Origin: Lama guanicoe | Taxonomy: Eukaryota | Direction: 5' to 3' | Assembly: GCA_013239625.1 (NCBI GenBank) | Contig: MU053652.1 | Coordinates: forward strand, 6,563,902 to 6,627,901 | Length of the DNA stretch: 64,000 bases | Shown here: piece by piece, positions 12,961 through 24,549 of the stretch | Numbering within the stretch: the stretch's first letter is position 1 | Layout of the letters: every line of letters begins with the position of its first letter | Notes under the pieces: model-generated | Databases searched by the model: none | What the model saw: only the letters and a program-made list of their open reading frames with translations | Told to the model about the DNA's origin: nothing | Program-made: the position numbers and the translations under genes

Positions 12961-15615
12961 AATATGATATTACTTTTGGTTTACTGTTTTCCTAGGTAGA
13001 GATGGTTCTATTGACTTCCACTTAGTCTTTTTCACCATAACAGCCTGAACTGCACGTTATGTATTAGGGAACTGGAAAAACAATAGGTTTAGAAACCTGG
13101 ACCCAAGGTGAGACAGACCTCCTGAGATAAAATTGCATTGCTAACCTGACTGACATAAACCCCTACTCTGAGTAGTATACCCCAGTGACATTTTGGGTCT
13201 CCTGGTATTAGTGTCAGGGCCAGTGTCCAGCAGTTTCCAGAAAGTCAGATTGTTTCCTTTTTCCCCAATGCACAGTTACCGTGGTAAAAGGCTATAGGTT
13301 CTTTGGAGGAAGAAAAGGAGAAAGGTTAACAGTATAAATTGTTCGCAGTGTACCAGGGTCCTTCCTCCAGGAGGTCTGGCCTCCCCTTCGTGGAAGAACT
13401 TCTGGGTCTTTAAACTGACTCAGGTCTGGGAACTAATTGAGCAACTCTGACTTTGTTTTTATGATTCCTATTAGAATTTTGTTCATTTGGCCTAGACTTT
13501 TATGCTTATACAGATCAAGTAAGAATTTATCAGGCTATCTATTTCACTTCTAGAATCTCCATGATCAAAGATCCTGGTGGACATCCCTAATAATCCTGCT
13601 GTGAGCATGGCCAAAGCTTGTAGAGAGCGGTGGTCCTCTTTGAATAGATGCCACAACGCCTCCTGGAGAATGTTTTTTTTCAGTTTAGTCATTTTCAAGA
13701 TTGACTAAAGACAAGTGAGGATGTATTCAGGTTAGCAAGGTGCAAGGTAGCCAGAAATGCATTTAAAAGAAGAATAAACAGCTCCTAGAAGTTTGCCACT
13801 AACTAAAGTCCATGAGGTTCAGAACCGCTCTTCCTCCTTTGTCTTTCCTAGTCTTTCGCCCTCATTGCCTCAACATTACACATAACTTTTAGAGCTTTTT
13901 AGCTTTATTGTGGAGACTGCACCAAAATCCAAAATTTGGTATTGTAGTGAAAATATCTGGGATCAAAAGGAGATAAAACACATAAATTGTATGTAATCCA
14001 AAAGTATTATTTACTGTCATGGCCTCATAAAAAAAGGAGCATATTTATAACATTTCGCAAATTATTAGAAAGATATTGTCACTTAAATGAGTGACACTAA
14101 AGATGAACATAAAAGTAATGGGTAATTTTACTGCTTTTCTATATTTGAATTATTTTCATAAATGCCATATTAATTAAATATGTAGGATATGATAGTAACC
14201 TAACTATGGCTTAATGTATACTCGTTTTCCTGTTACAGACACATTTTCCTTGATTTAATTACAACTTGTACTGTGACATTTTAATTTTATTTTGCTTCTT
14301 TGGACACTCAAAAACTTGAGGTTTTTTTTTTTAATATCAATACTTTATCTAGTTTCATCTCAACTGTGTTTTGCCTGGATGTTCTACATATTCAACAAAG
14401 ATGTTTATTAGGGAGAAAGTAAATGTGTGCTGTTTGTAAGCAGTGTTTGCTCTGAACAATTCTGAAAATTAAGTAGAAATATTTTTGGAAAAAATGAAAA
14501 AAAGACTTTTAGATTTCTGATCTCCTTGGTTCTCAATATTATCATTCTTTACTAAATGTATTTCTTGTTAAAACATGTATCTTAAAAGACTTTTTTCCAA
14601 CAGCATTACACTCCTTTTCAGTGAGTAGATAGGAGTGTTGCTATTACATTTTCTTGGTAGTTTATATGTATCTATCATAATCAACCTATTGCTTATGACA
14701 CATATGGAAAATAACATATTTCCTGCCTGTTACAAGTTTATAATGTAGTCTGCTACATGCATGCCGCATATCATTTAAAATATTTCAACTGAGAAAGAAT
14801 ATAGATGCTAAACCACCAACTTTAGTAACTAAGAATTACCAATTACTTTATAGTCTTATATTAAGAAATTTGCCTTTTCTGAGCTTTTATTTACTATTGG
14901 ATAAATATGTTAGGCACTCTAGGATTTTGTTGAGTTTTTACTGGCATTTTATTTTGATTTTTTGATGTCTGTAATAACTCATAGCATTATTTTTTAAAAT
15001 ATTATACCAAACTTAAAAATGTGGCAAAATACTACATAACCCCTAACTACATAGTATCCATCTCATATCAAAGGTAGAGTTCAGAATGACACTAAAAACC
15101 TTCATAAAAGTGATTAAAATAAATATATTCTAGTTTTCATTTATTTTAAAAACATCACTAAAACAGAAAATATATTACCTTTTTATTTAGATTAATCAGA
15201 CTATTATTTCTGTCATTTTGCAGGAGCAAAATATTTTTTATGACTGTAGCCCTAAAACAAAATAGCACAAATTTGTGCAGTTACATTTCCTTAGAAATGC
15301 CTTTCACTTAAATATTTGCCAAGTAAATAGACACTGGAGTCAAAGGAGCTTAAAAGACCCAATATGATGAATGAGGAGGAAGTCAAACACAAAGGGTGAT
15401 TATTATTTATCACTGACACATAACTTAAGATCTATAAATGGCTTTGAAAGATTTTATTATAAATTTCTCATAAAGAATTTCAAGGTAGGCCAATATAAAT
15501 ATTTCTCTTGAAAAATGAAACAACCATACGCTCTGGTATTGGCTTCAGTGAGATTCACTTTGCTGGCCAGAGAAAAATAAGGAAGCAGAGTAAAATGCGC
15601 AAAATTCCAACTATA

Positions 15616-17973
15616 CTGGCATACTTCATGATATTGTGGGGTTGTTTCCAGACTACTGCAGTAAAGCAACTATCTCACTAAAGTGAGTCACATGGACTTT
15701 TTGGTTTCCCAGTGCATGGAGAAATAAGTTTATCATATACTGTAGTCTATTAAGTGTGCACTAGAATTATGTCTGAAAAAAGAAGGTACATACCTTAATT
15801 AAAAATACCTTATTGCTAAAAAATGCTAACCATCATCTAAGCCTTCAGCAAGTCATAATCTTTTTGCTGGAAGGGTCTTGCCTTGGTGTTTATGGCTGCT
15901 ACTGATCAGGGTGCTGGTTGCTGAGGGTTGGGTGGCTGTAGAAATTTCTTAAAATAAGATAATGAAGATTGCCACATTGATTGACTCTTCCTTTCACGAA
16001 TGATTTCTCTGTAGCTTGCAATGCTGTTCGATAGCATTACCCATAGAACTTCTTTCAAAACTGGAGTCAGTCTTCTCATACCCCACCATGATTTTATCCG
16101 CTACATTTATGTCATATTCAAACCCTTTGTTGTCATTTCGATAATCTTCACATCCATCTTCATCAGGAGTAGATTCCATCTTAAGGAACCACTTTCTCTG
16201 CTCATCCATAAGAAGGACCTTCTCACCCATTAAAGTTTTACCTGAGATTGCAGCAATTCAGTCACATCGTCAGACACCACTTCTCATTCCACTGCTCTAG
16301 CTACTTCCACCACAACTTCACTTTACTTCTACTGAAGTCTTGAACACTTCCAAGTCATCCATGAGGGTTGGAATTAACTTCTTCCATGCTCCTGTTAATA
16401 TTAATATTTTGACCTCTTCCCATGAATTACTAATGTTCTTAATGGCAACAAGAATAGTGAATCCTTTACGGCATTTCAACTGACTTTGCCCAGATCCATC
16501 AGAGGAATCACTATCTATGGCAGCTATAGCCTTATGAAATTTATTTATTAAATAATAAGACTTGAATGCCCACATTACTCCTTGATCCAAAGGCTGCAGA
16601 ATGGACGTTGTGTTATCAGGCAGGAAAATAACATTAATCTCATTATATATCTCAGAGCTCTTGGGTGACCAGGTGCATTGTCAATGAGCAGCACTATTTT
16701 GAAAGGAATCGTTTTTTCTGAGCAGTAGGTTTCAACAGTGGGCTTAAAATTTTCAGTAACCAATACTGTAAACAGATGTGCTGTCACTCAGGCTTTGTTG
16801 CTCCACGTATACAGTGCAGGGAGAAGAGATTTAACATAACTCTTAAGGGTCCTAGGGTTTTCAGAATGGTAAATGAGCACTGGCTTCAAGTGAAAGTCAC
16901 TAGCTGCATTATCTCCTAATAAGAAAGTTAATGTGTCCTCTGAAGCTTTGAAGTCAGTCACTGGCTTCTTCTCTCTAGTCATGAAAGTCCTAGATGGCAT
17001 CTTCCAGTATAAGGCAGTTTCATCTACACTGAAAATCTTCTGTTCAGCATAGCCACCTTCACTGATTATCTTAGCTGGGTCTTCTAGATAACTTGCTGCA
17101 GCTTCTACATCAGCACTTGCATCTTCACCTTGCATTTTCATGTAATGGAGAAAGCTTTCCTTAAACCTCATGAACCAATCTCTGCTAGCTTCAAACTTTT
17201 CTTCTACAGCTTCTGCACCTCTCTCAGCCTTCATAGAATTAAGGAGATTTGGGGCCTTGCTCTTGCCTTGGCCTAAGGGAATGCTATGGCTGGTCTGATT
17301 ATCTATCCAGGACACTAAAGCTTTCTTTTTATTGGCAGTAAGGCTGTTTCACTTTCGTATCACTCACATGTTCACTGGAGTAGCACTTCCAATTTTCTTT
17401 AAGAACTTTTCCTTTGTATTCACAACCTCACTAACCATTGGAAGAGGCCAATAGTTTGGCTTTTGGCATGTCTTTCTCACTAAGCTTAGTGATTTCTAGT
17501 TGTTGACTTAAAGTCAGAAATGTGAGATTCTTCCTTTCACTTGAACCTTAGAGGCCTCTGTAGGGTTATTAATTGTCCTAATTCTAATATTGTTACATCT
17601 CAGAGAATAGGGAAGCCCAAGGAGGTGGAAAGAGGGAAATGGCTGGTAGTTGGAACTGTCAGAACACATACAACATTTATCCATTAAGTTCACTTCTTAT
17701 ATGGGTGTGGTTCATGTCACCCCAGATAATTACAACAGTAGCATCAAAGATCACTGATCACAGATCACCATAACAAATATCATAATAATAAAATTTTGAA
17801 ACACTGCAACAGTTATCAAAATGTGACACGGAGACATGAAGTGAGTAAATGTCATGGCAAAAATGGCACTGATACACTTTCTGGATACAGGGTTGCCCAA
17901 AACTTCAATTTGTACAAAATACAGTATCTGTGAAGCGCAGTAAAGTGAAGCACAATAAAACAAAGTATGCCTG
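15616..17973 (-). mobile_element. Tigger1 (TcMar-Tigger/pogo) DNA transposon, near full length (~2.36 kb)
   Basis: Left end TA|CTGGCATACTTC and right end AAAGTATGCCTG|GA match the CAGGCATACCTC TIR with a TA target site (right TA mutated). Minus-strand 5' end is CAGGCATACTTTGTTTTATTGTGCTTCACTTTACTGCGCTTCACAGATA. Transposase relics lie inside. Confidence 0.95.
15994..17520 (-). pseudogene. Tigger1 transposase pseudogene (CENP-B-like HTH + DDE/D domain), split across frames
   Basis: ORF-track pieces: 16788-17315 ([45 protein letters not shown]), 16575-16787 ([13 protein letters not shown]), 16318-16590 ([13 protein letters not shown]), 15994-16230 (LLMDEQRKWFLKMESTP). Confidence 0.92.
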
Positions 17974-18179
17974 GAATTTCATATTATCTTAAATTATCCC
18001 AACAAGTTGTTTTCTCTAAGAAAGGTGCAAGTTATCCATATTACACTGATTTGACAATATTATAAAGCTAAGACTCATTTATTATTTCATATGCTTAAAA
18101 TAATTATTAAGAATTATGTACATTAAGATATAATTCTCAATTAGTTGAATGATAATGTTAATAAACCAGTTTTAACCTA

Positions 18180-19412
18180 AGGCATTCATTCTCAAAATTT
18201 GCTGCACATTAATAATCACCTGAAGGGCTTTAAAAACTCCACGTCTAAGCTCTGCCCTTGTGTACCCCTAGGCATGAGCTCAAAAATTAGTGGGGTTTTT
18301 TTAATTCCCCAGGTAATTCCAATTGTAATCACATCTGATCACTAGTGACATCAAAACCAGAGTAAACAAACACTCAGTTGAACCAAGACTTGAATTAAAT
18401 TACATGGAGTCAGAATTATTCAATTGTTTCTCACCTATGTTGTTTCCTAAACAAACAAGGGACACTTTTCCTAAATATATGTCTAATCCTACACATCATG
18501 TAAACATTACCAAACATACCACGTTACTGCTGGAGCTCATCTTGGATGTAATCCTGTTCACCTTCTCACTGATTATACCTGACATTGCCTGTGAGTCCTC
18601 TTTATTTTACTGTAATAAAGGCAATTCTGTTTTTTCTCCCCCACAAAAAGACTAGACATGACCAAATGATAAGAGTTTCTTATTCTCTTTCTTCCCTGTG
18701 TCACATTTTCATTTTCTTTATATTGTTTCAGTTCCTTTTTAGAGCACATAATTTATTCTGCTAAGGCATTTTCATCCTGTAGACTACTGTTTATATAAGT
18801 GTAAACTGTGGTCCACTTACATCAGAATAAGCTGGATTTAAAAATCAGATTTATGAGCCCCACCAAAGAAAGACTTCCAGGAACCTCTTGGGTAGGATTC
18901 TTTTTATAATTTGAGAGGTGATTCTTCTGCACATGAGAACCACTGCTTTAGGCAATTTTTATGCTCTAAGTCCTTAAGCAGAAGAGCAAAATCATTAATA
19001 AAATAGTTTTGTACATAAAATCACAGACCACCATAACTTTCCTCAGTTTTCCTCTTCTGTAGCTCAAAGTAATCCACACTTTTTCTAGACTGCCAATCAT
19101 AGCTCTCTGTCAGCTGATTATTGCTCCCAGGTGTGCAGGGTTTGTGCCAATTCAGCTTTCATGACCACCTGTCTGTCCCCCACTTGTTTTGTCTGATGAT
19201 CTGCCCAGGTGTCAACATTTACTATTTGTTATCAGTGATTCTACAGCCTGGCTAATTAAAATCAACTGGTAAGGTTTTAGAAATTACTGATGCCTTAGCA
19301 CAACTTCCTAAGATGACAAATAAACTGCTCTGGGATGCAGCCCAGGCTAGTTTTTTTTTTTTTAAACTCCAGCTAATTGTAATAGACAGCTGAAGTTTAA
19401 AATCACCAAGCT
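18180..19412. mobile_element. Three separate MER5-family fragments (~18180-18345, ~18805-18950, ~19232-19412)
   Basis: TTCTCAAAATTTGCTGCACATTAATAATCACCTGAAGGGCTTTAAAAA; GTGGTCCACTTACATCAGAAT...TGAGAACCACTGC; CAGTGATTCTACAGCCTGGCT...AATCAACTGG...AAATTACTGATGCC. Confidence 0.55.
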
Positions 19413-20160
19413 ACTTGATAGCACAATAGTTTGGCCTGCAATTTTATCAGAAACTCAGGTTTTTGGTTTATTATTTCAAGCATCAGGACTAAGGTATTAG
19501 TCCCAGGGTATTAAGGCATTATAGATACACAGCCCTACCTAACCACACAAATACCAGAATATTGGAAAGAATAATAACATCTCTAAGTTTGAAAAGTCCT
19601 GTTTTCAAGCTGCTGTTCCATTCGTCTTCAGAATTTATTGCCTGGGTTGCAGATGGTAGAGTGCCACTTAGAAGAGACACCCTGTAGGGAAAAGCACACT
19701 GCTGTGCAATTAATAAGCGGGGGAGTTTCATTTTCCACACCCTCTTAGTTAACAGTTGAAAAGAATCTTTTTTGACTTACAAGGTTAACTAACCTTATAA
19801 ATTTGGTAATATATAAATATATTTACTTTTTGAAAATGTTTTATTTGAACAGATAAATATGTTGAGAAATATTTTACAAATATCTGTTTCAAGGACAAGT
19901 CAGTAAGGAAACAGTTTTTAATCACTGCTTTCGTACAAAAAAAGGATTTCAGTACCATGAGATATTTTTGTACCATATCACATAAGAAAACTTTTTTCAA
20001 GGCAGATTTTTAATTTCTGTTGACATTCCTTCCAACAAATAAGCAGTGACCAAGTAGTATAAAAATTCCCTATTGCCTTTATAAATCTTTATATCATTAC
20101 AGTTTTTGTGTATTCAGAAATTTAAGTGTGCTTCTTAATCATTGCTAAAAGAAATACACA

Positions 20161-22470
20161 GGGGAGGTGACATCAAGATAGTGGAGTAGGAAGACCCTGA
20201 GATCACCTCCCCCAGTGAACCCATCAAAACTAAAACCACAGATAGAGTAACTCTGAGAATAAACTGAAGACCAGCTGAATGACTCTTCTAAAACCAAGGT
20301 TACAAAGAAAGGACCACACAGAGTCTGTTAGAAGGGGAGGAGAAGTGACTGAGTAGGATCCGCACCCCTGGTGAGTGACCCCGAAGACAAGGAGGTATCA
20401 CAGGCTTGGGAATCCTCTCTAAGGAGTGAGGGACTCCAGTCCCATATTGGGCACCTGGGGTCTGGGAAAATGAGCCCCTTTGGCTGGTTTGGAAACCAAT
20501 GAGGCTTATCGGAGAGCTATTAAAAACCAAGACTCCGATCTTGACAAGGAGAAGGATAGACTTGCTTACTCCCAACTCCAGTGCAGAAGATTGAAAACTG
20601 CCTGGTGCTCTGGTACACTCCAGAGCATGCACCAGGCTCCTGCCCCAGCCCCTCTTGATCCAGCACTGCTCCCAACCAAGTCAGAGGAAGCTCAGATTTG
20701 CCACAGCCCTGGCCCTGCCCCCGAGACAAGGTGAAGACCGCCATCACACTGAGGAGAAGCCCCTGCTCCAGCATCCTGGGGCCTGGCCCTGCCCCCCATC
20801 AGAGCACAACTGTCACCGAATCTAGGAGAAGCACCAGCTCACACCTGGCTCCAGCTCTAGCTCCACACTCCAGCAAGACAGCGGAAGTCAAACAAAATGA
20901 AAAGACAGAGGAGTACAGGAAGGAACAAGATAAAAACCCGAGCAAAAAAACAAAAAACAAAAAACAAAACCCCTAATGAAATGGAAGCAAGTATTTAACT
21001 GAGAAAGAGTTCAAAGCAATAGTCATAAAAATGCTTACTGAACTCAGGAAAAGAGTTCAGCAAGAGCTCACAGTGAGAATTTCAACAAAGAACTAGAAAA
21101 TATAAAAGCGAAAAAAGAAAAAAAGTCAGAACTGAAGAATGCAGTAACTGAAATGAAGAATACACTAGAAGGAATTAACAGCAGATTCGGTGATAGTGAA
21201 GAAGGCATAAGCGACCTGGAAAACAGAATAGTGCAAACCACCCATCAGAATAGCATAAAGTTGTTGTTGTTGTTACTATTATTACTTTGGTAAATGAGGG
21301 CAGTTTAAGAAACTTCTGCAACAACATCCAGCGCACTGCCATCTGCATGATAGGGGTCCCAAAAGAAGAAGAGAGAGAAAGAGGCAGAAACTGTATTTGC
21401 TGAAATTATGGTTGAAACCTTCCCTAACTTGAAGAATGAAACAGATATCCAGGTCCAGGAAACACAGGGAATCGCAAACAAATGAATTCCTAAAGATCCA
21501 CACCAAGATATATAATTAAAATGGCAAAGTCAGAGAGAGAATTTTAAAGGCAGTAAGAGACAGAGCCATGTATGAGGGAATCCCCATAAGGCTATTGGTG
21601 ATTTTTCAGCAGAAACTTAGCAGACTGTAAGGGAGTGGCATGATGTATTTAAAGTGCTGAAAGGAAGAAAACCTACAACCTAGCATACTCTGCCCAGTAT
21701 GATCACTATTCAGAATTGAAGGGAAGATGAAGTTTTCCAGGTGAACAAAAACTGAAGGAGTTTATCACCACTAAACTGCAAGAAATTTTAAAGGTTCTTC
21801 TTTAAGTGAAAAAGTAAAAGGTTATAACAAAAAATAAAACAAACATGAAGGGAAAATCTCACCAGTAAAGGTAAATACATAGTAAAAGGAATAGATCAAT
21901 CACTTAAGCCAATACAAAGTTTAAAAGATAAAAGTTGCAAAATCAACCCTAATTACAATAAACAGTAAGGAACAAACATGAAGATATAAAATATGACATC
22001 AAAAACATAAAACATGGGAGGGAGGACCAAAACATGTAGAGCTTTTAGAATGTGTTTGAACTTAAATGACTATCAGTTTAAAATAAGGATGGTTCAGTGT
22101 GTATGAACTGCAATGGTAACCACAAACCAAAAACCTACAAGAGATACACAAAAATTGAAAAGAAAGTAATCCCAACATACAACTAAAGAAAACAGAAACT
22201 CTTTAGGAAAAGACTGAAAGAAGAAGGAAATAGAGAAAGACTATAAAAACAACCAGAAAACAAGTAAAACATAATGATATGTACATATCTATCAGTAATC
22301 ACTTTAAATGTAAATGCTCTAAATGTTCCAATCAAAAGACTTAGGGTGGCTGATAGGATAAAACAAGACTCATCTATACGTTGCTTACAAGTGAGTCACT
22401 TCAGAGCTGAAGGAACACAGACCAAGTGAGGTGATGGAGAAAGATAGTTCATGCAAATGGAAATGACAAC
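20161..22470 (+). mobile_element. LINE-1 5' portion: 5'UTR, decayed ORF1, inter-ORF spacer, start of ORF2 endonuclease; 3'-truncated
   Basis: Starts GGGGAGGTGACATCAAGATAGTGGAGTAGGAAGACCCTGAGATCACCTCCCC (L1 5' end, decayed AAGATGGCG). ORF1-like KEFKAIVIKMLTELRKRV...SENFNKELENIK...SELKNAVTEMKNTLEGINSR at ~21000-21190. ORF2 start YLSVITLNVNALNVPIKRLRVADRIKQDSSIRCLQVSHFR at ~22287-22405. Confidence 0.92.
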
Positions 22471-23740
22471 GGTCATATTTTACACTGCTTGGTATTTTCT
22501 CACATACTGGATGCTCTGTGTTTCTCCCCTTTTCTATTTTTATTTTTGTTTGTACACTTTCTCTTCAATGATCTTTTTCTCTGTTGTATCCAGTCATATT
22601 AAGCTTATTAAATGAATTCTTTTTTTAATGTTTCAGTCATACATGTACAAACGTATATTTCTTTTCATATTGTTTTTCAATATAGGTTACTACAAGATAT
22701 TGAATATAGTTCCCTGTGCTAAACGGAAGAAACGTGTTGTTTATCTATTTTATATATAGTAGTTAGTATCTGCAAATCTCAAACTCCCAGTTTATCCCTT
22801 CCTACCCGCCCTCCTCCCTGGTAACTGTGAGTTTGTTTTCAATGCCTATTCTTTTTTCTATTTATTTATTTTGTATTTTTATTTTTGTTTGTATACTTTC
22901 TCTTCAATGATCCTTTCCTCAGTTGTATTGTCTTAGGTTAAGCTCATTAAATGAATTCTTTATTTCTGATATATTTCTAGCATTTCTACTTGTTCTTTTA
23001 TTACCATGTCTCTGCTAAAATTCCCATATCTCCATTATTTTTCCTACTCTTTCCACAAAATTCTTTTTTTATTATAGTTATTTTAAATTTGGTTTGATAA
23101 TCTCAGTATGTAGACTCTGTGGTTCTAATGATCACTGCCACTCTTTAGGGTTCATTCACATTTCCCTAATTTTCTGTGTTCATTATGATTTTTGATTACA
23201 TGCTGAACCTATTGCATTAAAGAACAGTAAAGACTGAAATAAACATTTATCCCCAGAAAGGATCGTTGTTATGTAGGCTAACAGAATTTACTATAGTTTA
23301 CTTGATTCTGCCCTTTATTTACACTTCAGCTACAATCAGTTCACACTGGCTTTAAATATTTTGAAGATGGGATCACAGATTTTCTGGCAAAGATTCTCAA
23401 GATTCTCAAGATCTGCTTATGCTTCCAATTAAGCTGTGAGCTTTCAGGAACTGGGAACTCTCTCCTTGATTTCCAGTCCACTCCGTGTACTTGTGGTGGC
23501 TGTAGAGTTTTCTTTGCTCTCCATTCTTACTGTCTCATTTCTGAGCCTTCATAGGTCTTTGTTTAGCCCTGCTTCCCTATTCCAAGTTTTCTGACTGTGG
23601 CCTGCTCTTGTTTCCCTTAGATGAAAAGAGAGATCACCTCCGGGAATGGATTCTCTAAGTTCTGTTCTATCTGTAGCCTATAAGCCTTTTGTAGGGTTTA
23701 TCTCAGCCCTTCTCTGTATGTGGTTTTAGATGAAGAATCA
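22471..23740 (-). mobile_element. Very old LINE-1 ORF1/5' region fragment (L1M/L1ME-like), interrupted by a younger L1 3' fragment
   Basis: T-rich antisense-L1 pattern, e.g. TCTCTGCTAAAATTCCCATATCTCC...ATTATAGTTATTTTAAATT...TGATAATCTCAGTAT. Confidence 0.55.
22623..22846 (-). mobile_element. 5'-truncated cetartiodactyl-type LINE-1 3'UTR fragment
   Basis: TATAGGTTACTACAAGATATTGAATATAGTTCCCTGTGCTA...TGTTGTTTATCTATTTTATATATAGTAGT...TTTATCCCTTCC...CTGGTAAC...GTTTGTTTTC is the antisense of the cetartiodactyl L1 3'UTR. Confidence 0.88.
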
Positions 23741-24459
23741 CAAGAATAATTTGTTGTGTGTAATCTTGCTCTCTGGCAAGGTATTTTTTAAAATTTTAAT
23801 TTATTTACTTGTATGTGAGGTGTGTAATAAAGGAAATCCAACATATTAAATGAAATGCAGTCATGCAGCTTCAATTAACAAAAATTTTTTACCATCTTTT
23901 GAACAAAATTCATTGCAAAGAATAACACAACTCTATAAAGGGATTTAAAGCATTACAGTGCTTAAGAAACGGGACTAACATTCAGTGACTATTTTGTAAC
24001 TAAATGTTGAAGAAAATACACAAAATGCTGAAGAAAATGCATGCTTTAAAAATTTTTAAAGAAAAATATGTTCAATAAGAAAATATATTATTTGAAGAGC
24101 AATGAAAATTAGATACTTTCTAAAACCCTGATGCTTGATTATCCCCTTATTCTTAATATTTAATTTCTTTTGTCATTATACCTTAAGCTTGAAGCTATTC
24201 AGACAGCTAACCGATTCTTCTGTATAACTATGAACATCACCAGTATTTAAGAAACAATTTCAGCAATGCTAAAAATCAGTATTGTATTTAATCAACAGGC
24301 AATTGAAAAAGATGATTAGGCTCTCAATCTAGGAGAAAAATCTGTAATTAGTAAAGATACTTCCTTAGATATTGTGCCATTTGGACATCTTCACTTGGGA
24401 AGTGTTCATTCAGATTATTTATGAAAAATGTAGACTATAGTGTTTTTTGGTTTTTACAG

Positions 24460-24549
24460 TGGTCTCAGGGCTAAAGCCAGAGGTAGCCATTACGGTGACC
24501 TTTATTTGGAAGACAGCGTGCCGAGTATGAACATTACTCTGTATACATG
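24460..24549 (+). other. Candidate 90-nt exon (unvalidated)
   Basis: Acceptor tgttttttggtttttacag, donor ATG|gtaaga. One open frame (GLRAKARGSHYGDLYLEDSVPSMNITLYT) in non-repeat-looking sequence. Peptide not recognised. Confidence 0.25.

Larger units (their letters stand above)
10871..13570 (-). mobile_element. ERV-L internal region (gag 3' end, protease, RT, integrase, dUTPase), decayed, internally deleted and 5'-truncated
   Basis: Minus-strand translations show protease LLDTG (~13221-13235), RT FSWQGQQYTF and ITLVHFIDVIMPVGSREQEVSTTLD (YIDD decayed to FIDV), integrase TTIHGLAECFIHCHGIP...HGIHWSCNSPHHPEATGL, and dUTPase LEVLVPKGGTLPQG...AKKRVTVLTGVI*SDY. Confidence 0.93.

Noticed and set aside
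16788..17315. Domesticated TIGD/CENP-B-like host gene
   Set aside because: It lies within TIR-bounded Tigger1, and the transposase is broken over at least four ORF pieces with stops and frameshifts.
20300..20976. GC-rich region with overlapping ORFs as a CpG-island promoter or gene
   Set aside because: It is the CpG-depleted 5'UTR of an L1, and the ORFs follow from its GC content.
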